Assembly (NCBI GenBank): GCA_009692435.1
Contig: SHZE01000002.1
Coordinates: 8,795 to 72,794, forward strand
DNA length: 64,000 nt
Direction: 5' to 3'
From: Deltaproteobacteria bacterium
Lineage (GTDB): Bacteria; Desulfobacterota; Binatia; Bin18
The position numbers and the translations under genes are program-made. This document shows, piece after piece, positions 43,965 to 54,699 of this stretch. The notes beneath the pieces were generated by a model. It did not search any database and was not told the DNA's origin. It saw only the letters and a list, made by a program, of their open reading frames with translations. Numbering within the stretch: position 1 is the stretch's first letter; every line of letters starts with the position of its first letter.

Positions 43965-44843
43965 ATGAAACTCGTCACTTTCACACAGGGAAACTCAACC
44001 AGAATAGGCGTACTGGACAGCGACACCACCATCGTCGATCTCTCGATAGCCGCGCCTGCCCTACCCCGCGAGATGTGCGCCTTTTTGGCGGCAGGCGCAT
44101 CAGCATTGGCCGCGGCCAAGCAGGCGGCTGGGAGCACCTCGGCTCGTGTGGCACTGAAAGACGTCAAGCTCGAAGCGCCCATTTTACGGCCGCCAAAAAT
44201 CCTCGCCGTTGGTCTCAATTACAAGGATCACATCGCCGAAACCGGCAACAAAACCCCAGAAGTGCCAATGATCTTTAATAAGCAATCCACCGCGATCACC
44301 AGCCCACGCGGGGACATTTACTTACCACGTGAGTCAGAACAGCTTGATTACGAAGGCGAGTTCGCCGTGGTGATTGGCCGCTACTGTCGGCACGTGCCGA
44401 AAAACCGCGCGCATGAAGTGATTGCTGGCTATGCCATCGTCAATGACGTGAGTGTGCGCGATTGGCAGCGACGGGTGCCGACCTTCACCATGGGCAAATC
44501 GTGGGACACCCACTGCCCATTAGGTCCGTGGATCACGACAGCGGACGAAGTGGGAGACCCGCACACGCTCGCGCTCAAAACCTGGGTCAATGGCGAATTA
44601 CGGCAAAACTCGAACACCAGCCAACTCCTCTTCAACGCCTTTGACTTAGTCGAACATTTGACGACCGCGTTTACGCTTGAACCAGGGGACGTGATTTCCA
44701 CGGGGACTCCGGGAGGAGTCGCGGTAGCGATGAATCCGCCAAAGTGGTTGAAGCCGGGGGACGTGGTGAAGATCGCGATTGATAAGCTCGGTGAGATTGA
44801 AAATCGGGTGATCGCGGAGCCAGAAGGGACGGTGCGGATATAA
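43965..44843 (+). CDS. Fumarylacetoacetate hydrolase (FAH) family protein
   Basis: PKILAVGLNYKDHIAE...; LDYEGEFAVVIGR...; GYAIVNDVSVRDWQ...; GDVISTGTPGGVA. RBS AAGGAGG. Confidence 0.92.
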   Translation: MKLVTFTQGNSTRIGVLDSDTTIVDLSIAAPALPREMCAFLAAGASALAAAKQAAGSTSARVALKDVKLEAPILRPPKILAVGLNYKDHIAETGNKTPEVPMIFNKQSTAITSPRGDIYLPRESEQLDYEGEFAVVIGRYCRHVPKNRAHEVIAGYAIVNDVSVRDWQRRVPTFTMGKSWDTHCPLGPWITTADEVGDPHTLALKTWVNGELRQNSNTSQLLFNAFDLVEHLTTAFTLEPGDVISTGTPGGVAVAMNPPKWLKPGDVVKIAIDKLGEIENRVIAEPEGTVRI

Positions 44844-44853
44844 TTGGAGTTCC

Positions 44854-44879
44854 GTCGGGCGGGTCGTAGTCCGCCCGAC
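44854..44879 (+). terminator. Candidate intrinsic terminator after the FAH gene
   Basis: GTCGGGCGG-GTCGTAGT-CCGCCCGAC (9-bp GC-rich stem) followed by TTCGTTCTG. The U tract is weak. Confidence 0.5.
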
Positions 44880-44907
44880 TTCGTTCTGCACATCGAGTGG
44901 AACATTT

Positions 44908-45666
44908 ATGAGCACATCTCACGTCAAATTTTTGCATCCACCGATCGTAGAAGCCGTACTTGATGTTGACTGTGACATGTCTCCCGCCTTCGACCTCGCT
45001 GCGGTGGAGAAGCCATTACGCGAGACATTCCGGGATCAGTATCCAAGGTTCCGCGCTTTGTTCCTGGAGGAGGCTCACCTTGAACAGAAGGTGGACCAGC
45101 CAGTCCAGGTTTCCGCTCAGCGTAAGCTTCAGGCATTTCAATTCTTCAAGGAAGACGAAAAACAACTTATCCAAGTGCGAGTGCAGGGGTTCACCTTCAA
45201 TCGCTTGGCCCCGTACACGAGTCTGGATGACTATCTGTCCGAGATCAAAAGGGCGTGGGATATTTTCGCAAGCATTGCTTCGCCCATCCAAATCCGAGCC
45301 GTACGTCTCCGCTACATCAACCGCATCGTGCTGCCTCTCACCGACGGACGTGTGAATTGCGAGGATTACCTAAAAGTAGGGCCAAGTCTTCCGGACGAAG
45401 ATGGTCTACGACTCGCGAGCTTCCTGAACCAATATACCGCGGTGAACATGGAGACTGGAGATCATGTGAATAGCGTTCTGGCCTCTCAACCGCCGGAAAG
45501 CAATGGACTTCCGATCATCCTCGACATTTGCGTAACGAGCGGTGCGACAGCGGAACCCACAAACTGGGATTGGCTTGTAGAGAAGATGCAGTCATTACGG
45601 CACTTGAAAAATCGCCTCTTTCACAACACATTGACGGAACAATGCTTAAACCTCTTTCAACACTAG
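44908..45666 (+). CDS. TIGR04255-like uncharacterised family protein
   Basis: Recognised from memory of the family pattern: N-terminal HPPIVEAVLDVDCDM, GFTFNRLAPYTSLDDYLSEIKRAW, IRAVRLRYINRIVLP, PIILDICV. 252 aa. Confidence 0.65.
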   Translation: MSTSHVKFLHPPIVEAVLDVDCDMSPAFDLAAVEKPLRETFRDQYPRFRALFLEEAHLEQKVDQPVQVSAQRKLQAFQFFKEDEKQLIQVRVQGFTFNRLAPYTSLDDYLSEIKRAWDIFASIASPIQIRAVRLRYINRIVLPLTDGRVNCEDYLKVGPSLPDEDGLRLASFLNQYTAVNMETGDHVNSVLASQPPESNGLPIILDICVTSGATAEPTNWDWLVEKMQSLRHLKNRLFHNTLTEQCLNLFQH

Positions 45667-46184
45667 AAGCGGGCTTGGTGGGGTATGCGGCCCTGCATGT
45701 CTATGCTCACGGCAACAGCGCCATCTCCGTGGAAGCTCGGTCGGTGCGCAAGGCCGCTCACGCGGTCGTCGAATCCGTCGAACGGTCACAAGCGCTGTTT
45801 GGAGAGAAAAGCGTCGCTATCTCACAAATAGCGACGCTCGCGAATGAGTGCGCTGAAGCCGGATGGGACGGAGATGAAGCAGCCCCCATCAATTGGATGG
45901 CTGCGGACACGGCAGTGCAATTTATTCGCGTACTGCCAGACAATGTGCCCCTTCCCGAGTTCGCCCCAGAGCCGGATGGTTCGATCTCGTTGGACTGGAT
46001 TCAGTCCCGGCACCGTCTTTTTTCCCTCAGTGTGGGTTCTAGCAACCGACTGGCCTATGCCTGGCTGGATGGTTCGGACAGGGGACACGGGGTGTCCTGG
46101 TTCGATGGGGAGAGAATTCCGCCTCGGGTCGTCGCTGGTATCCTTGAGATTATGAATCATGGCAACATTGCCATCTGGTCTTGA
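45642..46184 (+). CDS. Hypothetical protein (second gene of the cassette)
   Basis: ORF 45528..46184. Met39 (45642) is chosen, but the start is uncertain. ...PEFAPEPDGSISLDWIQSRHRLFSLSVGSSNRLAYAWLDGSDRGHG...; overlaps both neighbours. Confidence 0.55.
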   Translation: MLKPLSTLEAGLVGYAALHVYAHGNSAISVEARSVRKAAHAVVESVERSQALFGEKSVAISQIATLANECAEAGWDGDEAAPINWMAADTAVQFIRVLPDNVPLPEFAPEPDGSISLDWIQSRHRLFSLSVGSSNRLAYAWLDGSDRGHGVSWFDGERIPPRVVAGILEIMNHGNIAIWS

Positions 46185-46572
46185 CGAAATAGTTGCTGAG
46201 GACGAGGACCTGGCTAGGTATCTCACCTCTTCGAGCCAGTTCAATGCCCTCATGGTCAAACCCGCCGCGTTCTTACCCAGCCCCAAGGACCATGAAACCT
46301 CCGTCTTCCGTCATGGCAGCGAACCACAAGACCGGTTATGGGCAATTGGGGTCGAGCATGCGGCTGGTGGACGAAATCTCCACGGCGTCGCCATCTGCAA
46401 GGCGAGTCACATCAGAGCCGCGCAGCTTGAGGTCATCGCGGAGGAACCCCCACCACGCCATGCCGTGATACGAGGATGGCCTTTTTCTGAGACCGACCCG
46501 AAGTTGCAAAAAGCAAAACAAAAGGAACTGGCCGCCATAATTGCCAGTAACGCCGAGTTGGTGCGTCGATAA
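46159..46572 (+). CDS. Hypothetical protein (third gene of the cassette)
   Basis: 137 aa; ...ARYLTSSSQFNALMVKPAAFLPSPKDHETSVFRHGS...LWAIG...EEPPPRHAVIRGWP...KQKELAAIIASNAELV. 26-nt overlap with the preceding ORF. Confidence 0.6.
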   Translation: MATLPSGLDEIVAEDEDLARYLTSSSQFNALMVKPAAFLPSPKDHETSVFRHGSEPQDRLWAIGVEHAAGGRNLHGVAICKASHIRAAQLEVIAEEPPPRHAVIRGWPFSETDPKLQKAKQKELAAIIASNAELVRR

Positions 46573-46625
46573 GTTTTGTCGGGTGGGCCATGACTCACCC
46601 CGTAGCGCATCTCAGACAATCTGCT

Positions 46626-47264
46626 CTACCTTCGCCGCTCCCCCACCTCCACCGCTAACCGTTCCCGCACCCGCACGATCCGCTCGGCTCCCCAAAAGAG
46701 TTCCCCATTCACGACATAGCTAGGCACGCCAAACACTCCGAGCTTTTCCGTCTCGGCCCGCAGCCGGTCGTGTTCCTGACGACCCGCGCCGTTGAGATAC
46801 GCAAGAAAATCCGTGGTATTGATGCCGACTTCGCCTAAGACCTGCTCCACGACCAGCGGATTCTCGATGTCGAGTTCTCGTCGCCAAAACCGCTCGTAGA
46901 CAGCAGCGTGATACGACCGAAAATCGCCCCGCTGTTTGGCGTAGAGCATACCAATGTGGGCAAGCGAAGAATCGAAAATTTTGCGTGGGCCCCGCAGCGT
47001 CAGACCGCGACGACTCGCCTCACGACGACAGTCCATATAGCTATAGCGCACCCGACGCCATTGGTGGGCATTGCGATTTTCCTGTAGCACTTGCCCGGTC
47101 TCGTCCACCTGAGCTGACCCCAGATAACTGGGAATATCGAGCGTGTACGGCAAAAAATCGACCTCGATGTTGAAGTCCTCTTGCAAACGAAACGTCTCTT
47201 CCTGCGCGAGATACGCGTAGGGACTTTTATAGTCAAAATAATGCGCGATGGTTTTCAATGGCAT
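46626..47264 (-). CDS. DsbA-like thioredoxin-fold protein (2-hydroxychromene-2-carboxylate isomerase family)
   Basis: IAHYFDYKSPYAYLAQEE...; ...LGVFGVPSYVVNGELFWGAERIVRVRERL. Confidence 0.85.
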   Translation of the reverse strand: MPLKTIAHYFDYKSPYAYLAQEETFRLQEDFNIEVDFLPYTLDIPSYLGSAQVDETGQVLQENRNAHQWRRVRYSYMDCRREASRRGLTLRGPRKIFDSSLAHIGMLYAKQRGDFRSYHAAVYERFWRRELDIENPLVVEQVLGEVGINTTDFLAYLNGAGRQEHDRLRAETEKLGVFGVPSYVVNGELFWGAERIVRVRERLAVEVGERRR

Positions 47265-47356
47265 GGCACCTCTCCCAAGTTAACGGTAAACAGGTGCAAT
47301 CTTCCGCTATCTCTGTGATAATGCAAGGCCGCGAAAACGGAGGGGGAAACACGCAC

Positions 47357-47890
47357 ATGAGCAAACTCACGGATCGACTGCTACACCACGTTGATGATTG
47401 GACCACCCACAGCAAGGCATTTGCTCAGACTGGTTTTTGGGGAGCCTTCGGTGGCGCGGGAGGCATTATTCTCGCCCGCGACAGTGGACGGTTACTACTC
47501 GCCCAACGCTCGGCGCGCGTGTTACAACCGGGCACCTGGGGCACCATTGGTGGCGCGATCGACCACGGCGAGAATCCCGAAGAAGCGCTCCTGCGCGAGA
47601 TCCACGAAGAACTCGGCATCGCACTCCACACTGCGGATCTCCACTTGTGTTACACCTTCCGCGATAGCGCCACACAATTTGTGTATCACAACTACACGGT
47701 GCTGGTGGATGAAGAATTTCATCCGGCGCCCAACTGGGAAGTGGCCGAACATGCGTGGGTCGAGTTTGGGCAATGGCCGGACCCGCTCCACTTTGGCATG
47801 CACGCATGGCTACAAGACCAACAGGGGCATCATTCCCTGCGTTCGTTGGTGGAGCGGATTGTGGCGGGCGGGACGAAGCGCGGGGAATAG
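47357..47890 (+). CDS. NUDIX hydrolase
   Basis: Nudix box GGAIDHGENPEEALLREIHEELGI. Start at Met34 of the ORF (MSKLTDRLL). Confidence 0.85.
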   Translation: MSKLTDRLLHHVDDWTTHSKAFAQTGFWGAFGGAGGIILARDSGRLLLAQRSARVLQPGTWGTIGGAIDHGENPEEALLREIHEELGIALHTADLHLCYTFRDSATQFVYHNYTVLVDEEFHPAPNWEVAEHAWVEFGQWPDPLHFGMHAWLQDQQGHHSLRSLVERIVAGGTKRGE

Positions 47891-47975
47891 CGTGGAAGCG
47901 CAGGCGCAGCTTGAACAAAAAAGGGCAGCCACATCGGGCTGCCCTGCTGAAAAATCGGGCGATCTAGAGGAACAA

Positions 47976-48053
47976 TCACTTCATCCCCCTCACCCTAGCC
48001 CTCTCCCAGCCGGGAGAGGGGACTTGTAACTCGAAACCCGAAACCCGAAACTC
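47976..48053 (-). repeat. REP-like 3' element, family C (second copy)
   Basis: The reverse complement reads GAGTTTCGGGTTTCGGGTTTCGAGTTACAAGT-CCCCTCTCCC-GGCT-GGGAGAGGG-CTAGGGTGAGGGGGATGAAGTGA. It starts 1 nt after the ilvD stop (48054..48056). Confidence 0.85.
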
Positions 48054-49919
48054 TTACCGCTTCCGTTCCACCTGCGACACATCCCGCACCGCGCCATACG
48101 CCGCGCTCGTGGTCATTGCCGCGTAGGCCCGGAGCGCGACGGACACGGGACGGTCACGATTGACCGGCTTATACGCCTTCGCGCCTTTCGCTTCCATTTT
48201 CTTGCGCCGTTCGGCTAACACCTCATCCGACAGCAACACATTAATGGATCGATTGGGAATATCGATACGAATACGGTCCCCTTCCTCAAGCAACGCGATA
48301 TTGCCCCCTTCCGCGGCTTCGGGCGACACGTGGCCAATGGATAGTCCGCTCGTACCGCCACTGAACCGCCCATCGGTCAACAGCGCACACTTGGTGCCGA
48401 GATGTTTCGACTTGATGTAGGACGTGGGATACAGCATCTCTTGCATCCCCGGCCCGCCGCGTGGGCCTTCGTAGCGGATCACCACGACATCGCCTGGCTT
48501 GAGCTGGTTGCCGAGAATCGCGACACAAGAGGCTTCTTGCGATTCGTAAATCCGGGCTGGTCCTTCCATCACCCAAATCGACTCGTCCACCCCCGCGGTT
48601 TTCACAATGCAACCATCCTGCGCGATATTGCCGTAAAGTACGGCGAGCCCCCCATCCTGACTGTAGGCGAATTCCGCCGCGCGGATGCAGCCGTTGATGG
48701 AATCCCGATCCGCTGTTTCGAACGTCTTATTCTGTGAAAAGGCTTCCTTGGTCCGCACATTCCCCGGTGCAGCCAGACTCCGTCGCAGGGCGAAATCGTC
48801 GGTCTGTTCACAGCGAATGTCATTCTTTTCGATCATTTGGCCGATGGTGTCACCAGTAACCGTGATCACGTTGGTATGCAGTTTTCCCGCTCGTTCCAAT
48901 TCACCGAGGATCGTCGCGATCCCACCCGCGCGGGCGCAGTCCTCAATATGATATTTCGCCGACGCCGGTGCGAGCTTGCAGATACACGGCACCTGGCGAG
49001 ACAAGCGGTCAATATCCTTCATGGTGAAATTAACCCCGGCCTCGTGCGCGGCGGCCAAGAGGTGGAGGACCGTGTTGGTTGATCCTCCCATCGCAATGTC
49101 CAACGTGATCGCATTCTCAAAGGCCTCGAAGGTCGCGATGCTGCGCGGCAGGACCGACTCATCGCCGTTGATGTAGTAGGCTTTCGCCATCTCGATAATC
49201 CGCTTGGAGGCGCGCTCGAACAACTCCCACCGCAACCCATGCGTGGCTAAAATCGTGCCGTTGCCCGGCAAGGCCAGACCAATCGCTTCATTGAGACAGT
49301 TCATGCTGTTGGCGGTGAACATCCCAGAGCACGATCCACACGTCGGGCACGCTTCTTCCTCCATCTTGGTCACGTCTTCATCACTGATGGAGTCATCGCC
49401 CGCGCCAATCATGGCATTGACGAGATCGAGCTTGGCTGGGCCTGTGGACAACTCGGCCTTCCCGGCTTCCATCGGTCCACCGGACACAAAGATCGTCGGG
49501 ATATTGAGACGTAGCGCGGCCAGCATCATTCCGGGAGTAATCTTGTCACAGTTAGAGATACAGATCATGGCATCGGCCACGTGGGCCTGGACCATATATT
49601 CGACGCTGTCGGCGATCAGCTCACGGCTGGGGAGCGAGTAGAGCATCCCGTCGTGCCCCATCGCGATCCCATCATCAACCGCGATGGTATTGAACTCGAC
49701 CCCGTACCCCCCATTCGCATCAATAATGGCCTTCACACGTTGGCCAACGTTATGGAGATGGACGTGACCGGGGACAAACTGGGTAAACGAATTGGATATG
49801 GCAATGATCGGCTTCTTAAAGTCCTCGGTTTTCATGCCCGTGGCGCGCCACAGGGAACGGGCTCCGGCCATGCGTCGGCCTTGGGTAGTAATACTGCTAC
49901 GCAGTCCGCGTGGTTGCAT
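48054..49919 (-). CDS. ilvD: Dihydroxy-acid dehydratase
   Basis: 621 aa; ...[36 protein letters not shown]...; [19 protein letters not shown]...; [27 protein letters not shown]. Confidence 0.97.
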   Translation of the reverse strand: MQPRGLRSSITTQGRRMAGARSLWRATGMKTEDFKKPIIAISNSFTQFVPGHVHLHNVGQRVKAIIDANGGYGVEFNTIAVDDGIAMGHDGMLYSLPSRELIADSVEYMVQAHVADAMICISNCDKITPGMMLAALRLNIPTIFVSGGPMEAGKAELSTGPAKLDLVNAMIGAGDDSISDEDVTKMEEEACPTCGSCSGMFTANSMNCLNEAIGLALPGNGTILATHGLRWELFERASKRIIEMAKAYYINGDESVLPRSIATFEAFENAITLDIAMGGSTNTVLHLLAAAHEAGVNFTMKDIDRLSRQVPCICKLAPASAKYHIEDCARAGGIATILGELERAGKLHTNVITVTGDTIGQMIEKNDIRCEQTDDFALRRSLAAPGNVRTKEAFSQNKTFETADRDSINGCIRAAEFAYSQDGGLAVLYGNIAQDGCIVKTAGVDESIWVMEGPARIYESQEASCVAILGNQLKPGDVVVIRYEGPRGGPGMQEMLYPTSYIKSKHLGTKCALLTDGRFSGGTSGLSIGHVSPEAAEGGNIALLEEGDRIRIDIPNRSINVLLSDEVLAERRKKMEAKGAKAYKPVNRDRPVSVALRAYAAMTTSAAYGAVRDVSQVERKR

Positions 49920-50070
49920 AATGGGGACCCTCCTTAAGATATGGGGTTGGTTGCCACTACATACGCTAGCCTCACGTGTCGTACAACAGGAGGCCGGTCT
50001 TTCCCGGAGCCATACCTGCTATACAGAGCCGCGCGGCCACGTTAGGCTCTGCCGCATAAGGAGGAGGAAC

Positions 50071-50889
50071 ATGAGTACCAATGTTGTCGCAGGCGTTATG
50101 AATTACTTGGCCGATAGAGCACAAAAACCGGTGACGTATATGTATACGCCACCAGCAGGCACCCCCCCGCGCACCGGAGAGTACGCCAAGTTCCCGATCT
50201 CGGTCCATGATGGCCGCGCGCTCCGCGAGCAATTTTCCTTGGATGTCCACGGGTTCCTGTTCCGCACTCATGAAACCACAGTGGGAAACTTCTACGACGA
50301 CACCGAAGTGAAATCGGTCTATTACCCGGAAATCGAACATCTGGTGAGAGCAACCACTGGTGCCTCGAAAGTGCTGGTCTTTGACCACAATGTCCGCTGC
50401 GCGCCGATGGCTGAGCGCGGAGAGAACGCGGCACGAGAACCAGTCCGCATGGCCCATAATGACTACACGCCCAAATCTGGCCCACAGCGGGTGCGTGACC
50501 TGCTGCTGAATGAAGCGGAGGAGTTACTCACACATCGCTTCGCCTTCATTAACGTGTGGCGGCCAATTCGCGGCCCGGTGCAAGAAGCACCGCTCGCGGT
50601 GTGCGATGCCCAGAGCATCAAGCCCGACGATTATGTGACGATGGACCTGATCTACCACGACCGCGTTGGCGAGGTCTATGTGATGAATTTCAACCCCAAC
50701 CACCGCTGGTACTATCTACCACGGCAGCAAAGAAACGAAGTGATTTTTATTAAGGGTTACGATTCAGACCCAGCGAAAGCCTGCTTCACGGCGCACAGTG
50801 CCTTTGACGATCCCACCACCCCACCTCACGTGCAAGCGCGAGAGAGTATCGAAGTGCGCACGATCGCCTTTTTCGCACAAGATCGGTAG
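50071..50889 (+). CDS. CmcJ/NvfI-like family oxidoreductase (name from memory of the family pattern)
   Basis: MSTNVVAGVMNYLADRAQKPVTYMYTPPAG...; VLVFDHNVR...; FINVWRPIRGPVQEAPLAVCD...; HRWYYLPRQQRNEVIFIKGYDS. RBS AAGGAGGAGG before ATG 50071. Confidence 0.65.
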   Translation: MSTNVVAGVMNYLADRAQKPVTYMYTPPAGTPPRTGEYAKFPISVHDGRALREQFSLDVHGFLFRTHETTVGNFYDDTEVKSVYYPEIEHLVRATTGASKVLVFDHNVRCAPMAERGENAAREPVRMAHNDYTPKSGPQRVRDLLLNEAEELLTHRFAFINVWRPIRGPVQEAPLAVCDAQSIKPDDYVTMDLIYHDRVGEVYVMNFNPNHRWYYLPRQQRNEVIFIKGYDSDPAKACFTAHSAFDDPTTPPHVQARESIEVRTIAFFAQDR

Positions 50890-50951
50890 CTCCTGTGGGC
50901 AATCAGTACCCGTTCCAGTGGACTGAATCGTCCGCAACCCATTGTCCCACG

Positions 50952-50991
50952 AGACGAAGAAAAGGGCCGAGCAGCACCCTTGTCTTCGTCT
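50952..50991. terminator. Candidate bidirectional terminator hairpin between convergent genes
   Basis: AGACGAAGAAAAGGG-CCGAGCAGCA-CCCTTGTCTTCGTCT (~15-bp stem, one mismatch) followed by TTCCC. Lies between the 50889 and 51017 gene ends. Confidence 0.45.
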
Positions 50992-51016
50992 TTCCCAATC
51001 CTCAATCACAAACCCC

Positions 51017-52951
<1,935 letters not shown>

Positions 52952-53048
52952 TCAGGACATGCGTAAGTAAGGAATCTCCGCGGATTCCGATTGCGAACTC
53001 TCTAGCGTGATGAGGGGGGAAATTGTGGAGGTCGAGACAAGGCGGACA

Positions 53049-53149
53049 CCGTGTTCCCTTCGCTGGCATTACCCAGAGCAGGTTCCAAGGGTCGATGAGC
53101 TTCAACAGCAAGCCCATCCTCTCAGCCGCAACTTCGGCTCCCCTCACGG
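53049..53149 (-). promoter_or_regulatory. TPP (THI-box) riboswitch upstream of thiC
   Basis: The minus strand reads CCGTGAGGGGAGCCGAAGTTGCGGCTGAGAGGATGGGC...GACCCTTGGAACCTGCTCTGGGTAATGCCAGCGAAGGGAACACGG. The conserved CTGAGA and ACCYTTGAACCTG..TGGNTAATGCCAGCG.AGGGAA cores and the P1 pairing CCGTG/CACGG are present. Confidence 0.9.
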
Positions 53150-53173
53150 CCATACGGCCGGTTGCGTGGAATG

Positions 53174-54634
53174 CTACGCCCCCCCGGATACGCTGTCAAC
53201 GTTTCGCCACCAGCGATACGCGGGCACTCCGGCCACACAGAGCAGCACGCCAAAGAAACATTCGACCGGTTGCTCCCACAAAGCGTTCAGCAAGAGTCCG
53301 ACAGACGCGACAACATAGAGCGCGGGTACCCACGGATACCCCCAGACATGATAGGGGCGCGGGAACGTTGGCCGTTGGCGGCGCAAAATAAACAAGCCGC
53401 TCGTCGTCACAATCGAGAATCCCACGATGACGACGGTCGTATACGTCAGTAATTGCTCGAACGTCCCGGAAAGAATGAGGAGCGAAGTCCAGGTCGCTTG
53501 TAGTAACAACGCATGACCTGGCACTTGGAAGCGTGGGTGGAGATTGGCGGCGCGCGGAAAAAACACGTCATCACAAGCCATAGCGAAGGCGATGCGTCCA
53601 CCGGTCAGCACCGTCACATTCAGGGCACTGGCAATGGATATGGCGATCAATACGGCGATCACCCATCCGGCCCCCGCGAACAACGCATTCGCCACCGCGT
53701 CACCAACCTGGACCACGCCTTTGAGTGCCGCCACCGGTAGGGCGTAGAGGTACAGCAGGTTCAAGGCGAGATAGACACCCATGGTGATCATCGTCCCTAG
53801 CAGTGCTGACCGTGGGAGCGTCGTCTCTGGAGTACGGACTTCGCCTGCGATATAGGCCACGGAGTTCCAACCTGTATACGCAAAGATAATGGGGATCAGG
53901 GCCACCCCCAGGGCGGACAAGTGTCCCTGCGGCATCAGGTCAGGAAACAGCGGCATCACATTGCTCCAGGAGCCGCTGCCCCAACTGAATCCCGCGACCA
54001 ACAGCGCGCCAATGGCCAGCAGCTTGCTCATACTCAAGATATTTTGCGTAAAACTGCCAAGCTGAAGGCCGCGATAATTGATCGAGGTGATGAGCCACAT
54101 CAAGCCGATACCCACGACCTGGTTCAGGGACAAGGAATACACCATATCGCCGAGCGTGACGTGCCACAGGACGAGGCCGTTCACGGATGCGGGGAGGAAG
54201 GCGAGGAGATAGTTGGCCAGCGCGATCGCTAACACGGCGATGGACCCGGAGATACTCGCCAAGAAAGAGGCCCACCCACACAAAAACCCCCAGAACGGCC
54301 CACACGCTTCACGCACATAGACGTATTCGCCACCAGCATGTGGGAACGCAGCTCCCAACTCGGCCCAGACCAGGGCTCCGGCCAATGACAGTAAACCTCC
54401 GAGTATCCACGCTAACAGTATCCATCCTGGGCTAGGCAAATGCGCGGCGACGACGCCACTGGTGGTGAAGATGCCGACTCCGATGGTGTTACCAACGATG
54501 AGCATCGTGGCACTAAACAATCCGATTGGGGATCGCGGATTGGGGATCGCGGATTGGGGAGCTAGCGGCTGGAGACTAGAGACTGGAGACTGGGAACTGA
54601 GGGGTGAGGCTGTTGTGTTTTTCTCGCTCATCAT
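53174..54634 (-). CDS. APC-superfamily amino acid permease
   Basis: ...IGLFSATMLIVGNTIGVGIFTTSG...; 12 hydrophobic segments. N-terminal codons 10-37 are encoded by tandem repeats, so the start is uncertain. Confidence 0.88.
   Translation of the reverse strand: MMSEKNTTASPLSSQSPVSSLQPLAPQSAIPNPRSPIGLFSATMLIVGNTIGVGIFTTSGVVAAHLPSPGWILLAWILGGLLSLAGALVWAELGAAFPHAGGEYVYVREACGPFWGFLCGWASFLASISGSIAVLAIALANYLLAFLPASVNGLVLWHVTLGDMVYSLSLNQVVGIGLMWLITSINYRGLQLGSFTQNILSMSKLLAIGALLVAGFSWGSGSWSNVMPLFPDLMPQGHLSALGVALIPIIFAYTGWNSVAYIAGEVRTPETTLPRSALLGTMITMGVYLALNLLYLYALPVAALKGVVQVGDAVANALFAGAGWVIAVLIAISIASALNVTVLTGGRIAFAMACDDVFFPRAANLHPRFQVPGHALLLQATWTSLLILSGTFEQLLTYTTVVIVGFSIVTTSGLFILRRQRPTFPRPYHVWGYPWVPALYVVASVGLLLNALWEQPVECFFGVLLCVAGVPAYRWWRNVDSVSGGA
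54524..54605. repeat. Tandem 14-mer (GATTGGGGATCGCG x2.6) and GAGACTR heptamer-like repeats inside the permease 5' coding region
   Basis: Direct reading gives 14-mers at 54524-37, 54538-51 and a partial copy at 54552-60, then CTGGAGACTAGAGACTGGAGACTGGGAACTGAGGGG at 54569-605. Confidence 0.9.
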
Positions 54635-54699
54635 TATTCAGGTGCGTGGGGCACGAATCGCACCCTATTCCGCTCTTCATTTTTGCCTTTTGATTTTTC

